Source: an uncultured Candidatus Saccharibacteria bacterium (lineage in GTDB: Bacteria; Patescibacteriota; Minisyncoccia; Phycocordibacterales; Phycocordibacteraceae). Taken from it: a stretch of DNA of 48,069 nucleotides. Positions 17,916-24,700 of this stretch are shown in pieces (position 1 is the first letter of the stretch; each line of letters opens with the position of its first letter). The notes below the pieces were generated by a model. The model saw nothing but the letters and a program-made list of their open reading frames with translations. It was not told where the DNA came from and ran no database searches. Location: positions 1-48,069 of the forward strand of contig CAYQCB010000001.1 of assembly GCA_964415875.1 (NCBI GenBank), read 5' to 3'. A program made the translations under genes and the position numbers.

Positions 17916-18158
17916 AATGCGAGGATTATTATTTTGCCCCTTAGTAAGCCACAATTCCGTACACACCGTTTGTGCTCACAGAACCTAGAGAGAAGTGTAC
18001 GCCTGCATTTCGCAAGTGCAACGCGGGGTGTGGATAGCGGCATTTGCGTTTTTGCTCTTAATGTAGTATCGTTTTCTCACTCGCAGAGTATTAGAGCTTC
18101 AGACCGTCACGGTCGCAGGTATTCAGTTTCGGCGAGGTTAATCAGTTAGATCCATCAC

Positions 18159-18551
18159 ATGGACGAAGAAAACAAGCAAGCAGCAACCGGAGTACCGTCA
18201 GCAGTACAGGGCAACAAGCTCTATGTTGGCGGCATCCCGTACCGCTCGACGGAAGACGATCTGAAGAAGGCCTTTGAAGAGGCTGGCGCAGTTGTCTCCG
18301 CAAGCATTATCAGCGATCGCATGACGGGCCGCTCACGCGGTTTCGGTTTCGTCGAGATGGCCTCTGAAGCAGAGGCTCAGGCGGCAATCGACCGTTGGGA
18401 CGGTAAGGACCTCGATGGGCGCACGCTCTCGGTCTCCTTCGCACGCCCACAGGGTGATCGCCCTCCTCGCCGTGAAGGCGGTTTCGGAGGCGGTGATCGT
18501 GGAAACGATCGCGGTGGTTTCGGCGGCGGCTACGGCCGCGGCGGTTACTAA
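18159..18551 (+). CDS. RRM-type RNA-binding protein with an RGG/Gly-rich tail
   Basis: RNP2 LYVGGI and RNP1 RGFGFVEM. Tail GGFGGGDRGNDRGGFGGGYGRGGY. Confidence 0.85.
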   Translation: MDEENKQAATGVPSAVQGNKLYVGGIPYRSTEDDLKKAFEEAGAVVSASIISDRMTGRSRGFGFVEMASEAEAQAAIDRWDGKDLDGRTLSVSFARPQGDRPPRREGGFGGGDRGNDRGGFGGGYGRGGY

Positions 18552-18559
18552 TCCCCTCG

Positions 18560-18609
18560 CCGGGAATACAAAAGGGCCGCGCGTAAGCGCGGCCCTTTTG
18601 TATTCCCGG
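18560..18609. terminator. perfect 23-bp inverted repeat, bidirectional terminator
   Basis: CCGGGAATACAAAAGGGCCGCGC-gtaa-GCGCGGCCCTTTTGTATTCCCGG, between convergent genes. Confidence 0.75.
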
Positions 18610-18625
18610 TATCGTACCGCCCCAC

Positions 18626-19063
18626 TCAAGAAAGACGCGTGACTTCCCGTTTCTTTGCCTCGGCACTCCAGCCAATCAAATTGGCCAAAATCTGGAAAAA
18701 TGACGCAAGCGATGAGAGTGCGAGGACAAGAATGGCATACCACGCTATCGGCGCCACGAAGTAACAGAAAACAACTACAAGCGAAAACCACAGTCCGGTG
18801 CACCACGGACAGTTAACGAGCGTGCCGAGTGCACCTCGAAGCGACAATGGGTCTGCGCCAGCAAACCAGTCGCGCACAAACGCTGTGATGGCGTCATACG
18901 TAAAGAGCCGAGTTAAACGCATGATCGCAAGCGCCATAAGTATGAAGTCCGTGAGCGGAATGAACGCTGCGAGGCGGTTTTCAGAAATTAGCCAGTTATA
19001 ACCCGTGACGGCAAGCACTATATAAAATACCGACAGTACCAAGTACCACAGATTAATCCTCAT
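18626..19063 (-). CDS. DUF1360-like small membrane protein
   Basis: Likely start MRINLWYLVL. 4 TM helices and a CPWCTGLWFS motif. Confidence 0.55.
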   Translation of the reverse strand: MRINLWYLVLSVFYIVLAVTGYNWLISENRLAAFIPLTDFILMALAIMRLTRLFTYDAITAFVRDWFAGADPLSLRGALGTLVNCPWCTGLWFSLVVVFCYFVAPIAWYAILVLALSSLASFFQILANLIGWSAEAKKREVTRLS

Positions 19064-19192
19064 GAAGGCAGTATAGCAAAACACCGATGCGATACGAATT
19101 GGAGCGGAACACTCTCCAAACCTGACACGAGCACCAGCACGTGCTATAAAAACCTCGGATGCTGAACCCACTTCAACAAGAGGAGGTTCGCT

Positions 19193-19942
19193 ATGCGCCA
19201 CGTGCTCATGCTTATCGCCGCTACGCTTGTTGTGCTGTGTCTTTCTCTTCCTGTAACGGCAGACGAGACGCGAAAAGTTGACGTATCGCTTGTGCTCGCC
19301 ATTGACGTGTCGAGCAGCATTTCTGAAGGACGTTGGAATCTGCAGATGAGCGGTTACGCACAGGCGTTTATGGACGCCAAGATTGCAGAGCTCGTTGCGA
19401 CTGGAGTGTATGGCGCAATCGATGTCACTGCCTTTGTCTGGGCGGGGTGCTCTTCACAAAAAACGATCATTGGTTGGACGACGATTACCGACAGCGCTTC
19501 AGCCAAGGCCTTTGCCAAAAAATTTAGCGGTGTGCGACGGCCGTTTGATGGAAACACCTGCCCTGCTGCAGCGCTCGCTTTTGCGGGAGAGCAATTTGCT
19601 TCGGCGCCACACAGAGCATTAAAACTGGTCACTGACATCTCTGGCGACGGCGGGTCGGACGTGGACTACCACTGCAATGGACGCGTCGTCTCAACTGCTG
19701 AGGTGCGCGACCAGCTTGTGGCTCGGGACGTTACCGTAAACGGGCTTGCATTAATCGTTCCGAACGACATTGAGCTGGCCTCGGGCAGCAGAGACTCAGT
19801 CCCGGTAGTGCAGTTCTACCGCGAAGAAATCATAGGCGGCCGGGGCGCTTTTCTGGAAGTTGTTCTGGACGCCGACAGCCAAAGTGATTTTGTAGCAGCA
19901 CTTCGCAAAAAGCTCGCCAAAGAACTGCTCGCGAGCCGATGA
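19193..19942 (+). CDS. secreted von Willebrand factor A-like protein (DUF1194-like)
   Basis: Signal peptide. MIDAS-like LAIDVSSSIS. GDG block TDISGDGG...VNGLAL. Confidence 0.6.
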   Translation: MRHVLMLIAATLVVLCLSLPVTADETRKVDVSLVLAIDVSSSISEGRWNLQMSGYAQAFMDAKIAELVATGVYGAIDVTAFVWAGCSSQKTIIGWTTITDSASAKAFAKKFSGVRRPFDGNTCPAAALAFAGEQFASAPHRALKLVTDISGDGGSDVDYHCNGRVVSTAEVRDQLVARDVTVNGLALIVPNDIELASGSRDSVPVVQFYREEIIGGRGAFLEVVLDADSQSDFVAALRKKLAKELLASR

Positions 19943-19970
19943 CCCTTGAGACTGCACTCTCGCCCAAAAG

Positions 19971-20008
19971 AACCGCCCCCTCTGTGTCACAGAGTGGGGC
20001 GGTTTTTT
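19971..20008. terminator. bidirectional intrinsic terminator
   Basis: AACCGCCCC-ctctgtgtcacagagt-GGGGCGGTT followed by TTTT, between the convergent vWA and HIT genes. Confidence 0.7.
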
Positions 20009-20063
20009 ATTGAAGACTGTGTTACCAGCCCTCGCGTTACACTAAAAATACAATGCGTGCCAT

Positions 20064-20459
20064 TTACGCACTGTCTCGCAGTTCGCGACCCAGCTTTTCA
20101 AATGCTCCTGGCTCCATTTGATATTTTGGAAATACACCAAGGTCGCCAGCTTTATGGACTGGAATTAAATGCACGTGTGTATGCGCCACACTCGCACCTT
20201 CGACAACTATCGCCACTCTAGGTACGCCGAAGAACCTTCGCATTTTTTCAGCTACAGTTCGAACGCTTGTCATAAGTTCGATGTATTCTTTCTCCGAAAG
20301 ATCAAGAATATTTTCAGAATGAGTACGAGGAATCACCAGCGTATGTCCTTGCTGTGCCGGTGAAGCGTCCAGAAACGCTAAGCATGTTTCGTTACGCCAC
20401 CATATTTCATGATGCGGGATATTCTCTGTAGCTATACTGCAAAAAATACAAGTATTCAC
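20064..20459 (-). CDS. HIT-family nucleotide hydrolase/transferase
   Basis: Histidine triad HTHVHLIP. N-terminal CIFC. Confidence 0.85.
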   Translation of the reverse strand: MNTCIFCSIATENIPHHEIWWRNETCLAFLDASPAQQGHTLVIPRTHSENILDLSEKEYIELMTSVRTVAEKMRRFFGVPRVAIVVEGASVAHTHVHLIPVHKAGDLGVFPKYQMEPGAFEKLGRELRDSA

Positions 20460-20522
20460 ACAGTCATTGTACCTTGCTGAGGAGTGGTTGTTATTATCCC
20501 TCGGACGTGGTGAACTCGGGAT

Positions 20523-21359
20523 ATGACCAAAGACGAGCAGTGGGTGCTGGAGGAGAAATATGGAGGGACGCCAGGCGCGGCGTTTGAGTCAGACAAAGGC
20601 CGGCTCGCCCTTGGCGAGCCGGTGGCCTATGTGATTGGCTCACAGCCCTTTCTCGGGCTCACGGTGTACCTCGACTCCCACCCGCTCATTCCCCGCAGCG
20701 AGACCGAGTGGTGGACGGAGCAACTCATTACCACTCTCACCCCCCAGAGCACCACAGGTGCGATTTCTGAGGCTCTGCGCAGGCCGACGGGCCGAGCAGG
20801 AGGAAAGTTTTTAGCAAAAAACTATTCCGTACTCAGAAATCACGCCAGTGGTGCTCCCCTTACCTTTCTCGACCTCTGCGCCGGCTCTGGCGCCATCGGC
20901 TGTGCTGCTCTCAAAACGTTACCGGACGCACACGTGACCTTTGCGGAAATTGAGCCTGCGCACAAAGAAACCATCATTAAAAACATTCGAGAAAACAACC
21001 TTGATTCGGACAGAGCAGAGATTGTTGTCGGTGACTTATTCGCACCACTTGCCAACCGCCGCTTCGACGTGATTGCGTGCAACCCGCCCTACATCCCTAC
21101 TGCACGCTCTCTTGAAAAGAGTGTTGCGGACTTTGAGCCACCTGCTGCACTTTTCTCGGGCAGCGAAGGACTCGACCTCATTCGCCGCATCGCTCTCGAG
21201 CTACCCGCACACCTCACAGAAAGAGGTAGTGCGTGGATCGAGTGTGACAGTGCCCACGCAGATGTTGCTGCAGCACTCTTTAGCGCCCAAGGATTCTCCA
21301 CAGAAGTCCGTAACGACCAGTACGGTGTGCAGAGAGTGCTGGTGGTATCATTTCCCTAA
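20523..21359 (+). CDS. prmC: release-factor glutamine N5-methyltransferase carrying an in-frame repeat-element insertion
   Basis: SAM motif LDLCAGSGAIG and catalytic NPPY (IACNPPYIP). An extra segment of about 27 aa is encoded by the repeat at 20762-20841. Confidence 0.85.
   Translation: MTKDEQWVLEEKYGGTPGAAFESDKGRLALGEPVAYVIGSQPFLGLTVYLDSHPLIPRSETEWWTEQLITTLTPQSTTGAISEALRRPTGRAGGKFLAKNYSVLRNHASGAPLTFLDLCAGSGAIGCAALKTLPDAHVTFAEIEPAHKETIIKNIRENNLDSDRAEIVVGDLFAPLANRRFDVIACNPPYIPTARSLEKSVADFEPPAALFSGSEGLDLIRRIALELPAHLTERGSAWIECDSAHADVAAALFSAQGFSTEVRNDQYGVQRVLVVSFP
20762..20841. repeat. palindromic element, copy 1 (inside prmC)
   Basis: 10-bp terminal inverted repeat GATTTCTGAG/CTCAGAAATC around a 60-nt core that is 53/60 identical to 39327-39386. 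Confidence 0.85.
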
Positions 21360-21625
21360 TGCCCTCGACGCCGCTCCAGCCCTTTGCGCCGCCGGCGTTA
21401 CTGCTTTCCTTTCTCCCCGCGCACATGCTCTCCACAGGAGCGCTCGTTGCCTGGTTTCTTTTTGCTGTTTTTTTCTTTTGGAGCGTGTATACACTCATCG
21501 CGGTGTACCACTGGTTTAAATATTCGCATGCCTCGGCAGTTGCCTTCCCGGCTATCGCGCTACACCTCTTCGTTTCCTTTGTGCTCGCCGTCTATACGCT
21601 TTCGGGAATCCTGTTCTTAAAATAA
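21359..21625 (+). CDS. small 2-TM membrane protein
   Basis: 88-aa hydrophobic ORF. TAATG overlap with the prmC stop. Confidence 0.45.
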   Translation: MPSTPLQPFAPPALLLSFLPAHMLSTGALVAWFLFAVFFFWSVYTLIAVYHWFKYSHASAVAFPAIALHLFVSFVLAVYTLSGILFLK

Positions 21626-21629
21626 TCAT

Positions 21630-22166
21630 ATGCCTGAATTTGAACTCGAGCCTGGTGAAAAAATTATCCGCACGGCGCGCAAGCACTGGTTTATTTTTGC
21701 CGCAGGTCTTCTCCCCTATGCAATCCTCGCAGTGATTCCTTTCACACTGCCTAATCTGCTCTCTGCCTTTGCTGTCTCCGCACCTCTCACCAGAATCGTT
21801 AGTTACCACGAACCACTCTTCCGTATTGCGCTCGGCGTGTGGCTTCTCGTCGTGTGGACGGCTGCGTGGGGCTCCTTCACTCGTTACTACCTAAACTTGT
21901 GGGTACTCACCAACCAACGCATCGTCGACATCACCCAACGTAGTTACTTCTCGCGGAAGGTCTCGAGCCTCATGCTCAGCCGTGTCCAAGACGTCACCAC
22001 CAACGTCTCTGGCATCCTTGAATCCCTGCTCGGTATTGGCGGCATCACCGTACAGAGCGCTGGGGCTGTAGACGAATTTCACATGCGCGGCATACCAGAG
22101 CCAGAGCACATGCGCGACCTCATTTTGCGGAGCATCTCTGCACCTGCCACAGAAGAGGGAGTCTGA
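21630..22166 (+). CDS. membrane protein with a bacterial PH (bPH_2/YdbT-like) domain
   Basis: Two TM helices, then WVLTNQRIVDITQRSYFSRKVSSLMLSRVQDV, as in DUF304-type domains. Confidence 0.6.
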   Translation: MPEFELEPGEKIIRTARKHWFIFAAGLLPYAILAVIPFTLPNLLSAFAVSAPLTRIVSYHEPLFRIALGVWLLVVWTAAWGSFTRYYLNLWVLTNQRIVDITQRSYFSRKVSSLMLSRVQDVTTNVSGILESLLGIGGITVQSAGAVDEFHMRGIPEPEHMRDLILRSISAPATEEGV

Positions 22167-22180
22167 TACAATCTGCCTAT

Positions 22181-23440
22181 ATGGCAGAACCGCTTTCAAC
22201 AGAGCCCTACAAGGGCGTGCGCGACTTTTACCCGCAGGATTGGGCTCGTCATGAGGCCATCTTTGCTCGCATCAGAGAGACGCTCGTACTCTGGGGCTAC
22301 GAGAGCTACGCTGCTTCGCCGCTGGAGCGCTCTGAGCTCTACGAGTCAAAAACCTCCGACGAAATCGTACGCGAACAGACCTACACCTTCACCGACCGAG
22401 GCGAGCGACGCGTAACGCTACGCCCCGAGATGACGCCGACTCTGGCCCGCATGGTAGCCGGCAAACGTCGCGAGCTCGCTTTTCCGCTTCGCTGGTTTTC
22501 GACGCCAAACGTGTTTCGCTACGAGCGGCCGCAGCGCGGGCGCTTGCGTGAGCACTACCAGCTGAACGTGGACCTAGTGGGACTCCCTGCGGGCGAAGCC
22601 GATACAGAAATTCTGATCATTGCCGCAGCCATTTTGAAGTCGTTCGGGGCAAAAGACAGCGATTTCAGTATTCGCGTAAACTCGCGCACACTCCTTAACG
22701 CAGCGTGCGAAGCTGCGGGGCTTTCGCGTGACGGCGTGCGCGACTACATTCGCCTTCTGGACCGGAAGAACAAAATGCAGGGCGACGAGTTTGCGGCAGC
22801 AGTAAGCGCCATCACGGAGAAAGATCCGCTTGCACTCATCGAAGACGCGAGCGAGTCTCCGCAAGTCGCCGCTGAGAAAAAAGTTGTCCTGGATCAACTC
22901 GCTGCGCTCCTGGCGCGCGGCGTCACGAACGCCGTCTTTGACCCAAGCGTGACGCGCGGTTTCGACTACTACACCGGCATGGTGTTTGAAGTCTTTGACA
23001 CTGACAGCGCAAATACGCGCTCGCTCTTCGGTGGTGGGCGCTACGACGGCCTGGTAGCACTCTTTGGCGGCGACCCTATTCCTGCCGTCGGGTTTGGCAT
23101 GGGTGACGTCACACTCTCAGACTTTCTTGAAACGCACGGCATCTTGCCGGACGCGAGCGGCGGGCGACCCCAACTCTACCTGGGCACGCCTACAGCAAGC
23201 GACATTCCCTCTGCACAAGCGTTTGCACAAAAACTGCGCAGCGTTGGCACACGCGTCTTTGTGAACCTCACTAATAAAAGCCTGGGTGATCAGATTAAAG
23301 ACGCCGTGAAGCACGGTATTCCTTACTTTAGCGCCTATGGTGCTGATGAAATTGCGAACAACAGCGTTCGCATTAAAACACTGGCAACCGGAGAAGAGAC
23401 TGGTACCTCGGTCGACCTGGTTGCGAAGTTTGTTGCCTAA
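22181..23440 (+). CDS. hisS: histidine--tRNA ligase
   Basis: Class II motifs LRPEMTP, FRYERPQRGRLREH and GGGRYDGL. Anticodon-binding C-terminus. Confidence 0.9.
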   Translation: MAEPLSTEPYKGVRDFYPQDWARHEAIFARIRETLVLWGYESYAASPLERSELYESKTSDEIVREQTYTFTDRGERRVTLRPEMTPTLARMVAGKRRELAFPLRWFSTPNVFRYERPQRGRLREHYQLNVDLVGLPAGEADTEILIIAAAILKSFGAKDSDFSIRVNSRTLLNAACEAAGLSRDGVRDYIRLLDRKNKMQGDEFAAAVSAITEKDPLALIEDASESPQVAAEKKVVLDQLAALLARGVTNAVFDPSVTRGFDYYTGMVFEVFDTDSANTRSLFGGGRYDGLVALFGGDPIPAVGFGMGDVTLSDFLETHGILPDASGGRPQLYLGTPTASDIPSAQAFAQKLRSVGTRVFVNLTNKSLGDQIKDAVKHGIPYFSAYGADEIANNSVRIKTLATGEETGTSVDLVAKFVA

Positions 23441-23444
23441 CATA

Positions 23445-24023
23445 ATGAGTTACATCGTCTTTGATATTGAAACTGCCAACACCTTCCCCGGACTTGCCCG
23501 CGCGGACCTCGACCGGCTTGAGCTGGCGCTCGTAGGTGTCTACGACTCCGCGACCGATTCCTACTCGTCCTATATCAAAGAAGAGTTACCGAAGCTCTGG
23601 CCGCTCATAGAGCGTTCCACCATGCTCATTGGCTTTAACTCTGACAACTTCGACATTCCCCTCCTGAACCGGTACTACCCGGGTGACCTTTCACACGTGC
23701 GCTCGCTCGACTTGCTCGTTGAAGTTCAAAAAGGGCTTGGACGGCGCATTCGCCTCCAATCGCTTGCTGAAGCAACGCTCGGCAAGAAAAAGAAAGGCGA
23801 CGGATTGAAGTCAGTCGAGTGGTGGCAGGCAGGGCTCGTAGACAAGGTACGCGAGTACTGCATTGAGGACGTGCGTATCACCCGGGAGCTTTTTGAGTAC
23901 GCGCGCGACCACGGTGTTTTGAAATTTAAAGATTTGCGCGACATTCGTGATATTAAAATCGATACGAGCGACTGGGGCGAATCCCAGACGACAGCAACGC
24001 TCACCCACGCGCTTTCATTATGA
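23445..24023 (+). CDS. DEDD-type 3'-5' exonuclease (RNase H-like fold)
   Basis: Start MSYIVFDIETAN (ExoI). GFNSDNFDIPLL (ExoII). YCIEDVRIT (ExoIII). Confidence 0.7.
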   Translation: MSYIVFDIETANTFPGLARADLDRLELALVGVYDSATDSYSSYIKEELPKLWPLIERSTMLIGFNSDNFDIPLLNRYYPGDLSHVRSLDLLVEVQKGLGRRIRLQSLAEATLGKKKKGDGLKSVEWWQAGLVDKVREYCIEDVRITRELFEYARDHGVLKFKDLRDIRDIKIDTSDWGESQTTATLTHALSL

Positions 24024-24700
24024 CGCAGCCACGCACCATACCGATTGCTATCGTGCTTGCTGGCTGTATTCTCGCGGGAGCAGTCTACCTGACCGTCTCG
24101 AGCGAGATGGCCGCATCGCGCAAGGTGAACGGTGACCCCTCCCTCGTGCGTCCAGTATCAAGTGCTGATCACATTTTCGGCAACCCTGCAGCGCCCGTAA
24201 CGATCGTCGAGTACTCAGACTACGATTGCACCTACTGCAAAACCTTTGACGAGACGCTCCGGCAAATCATCGCCAACGAAGGCGCAACCGGCAATGTCTC
24301 GTGGGTGTTTCGCCACTTCCCCCTCACCGAGATGCATCCAAACGCCATGCGCCACGCCGAAGCAGCCGAGTGCGCGGCCGCCGTCGGGGGTAACGATGCC
24401 TTCTGGGCTTTCGACAAGCAACTTTTTGAAAATCAACCAGTTGACCCGTCACAGTACGGCACGTTAGCGGCAAATGCCGGCATCACTAGCAGTGCTTTCG
24501 CGCAGTGCCTCGCTACCTCCTCTTCCACCATGGACGCGCGTATTGCCGCCGATGCGAAAAATGCACACAGTGCAGGCGCCACCGGAACACCCTACTCGCT
24601 CATACTGGTGGCGGGGCACTCTCCTGTCGTGATGGATGGCGCATACTCGTATGACGCCGTAAAGGAGCTCGTGGACACAGCACTTTCAAAAGCACGCTAG
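24020..24700 (+). CDS. membrane-anchored DsbA-like thiol:disulfide oxidoreductase
   Basis: N-terminal TM helix and a thioredoxin-fold CTYC active site. Confidence 0.8.
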   Translation: MTQPRTIPIAIVLAGCILAGAVYLTVSSEMAASRKVNGDPSLVRPVSSADHIFGNPAAPVTIVEYSDYDCTYCKTFDETLRQIIANEGATGNVSWVFRHFPLTEMHPNAMRHAEAAECAAAVGGNDAFWAFDKQLFENQPVDPSQYGTLAANAGITSSAFAQCLATSSSTMDARIAADAKNAHSAGATGTPYSLILVAGHSPVVMDGAYSYDAVKELVDTALSKAR

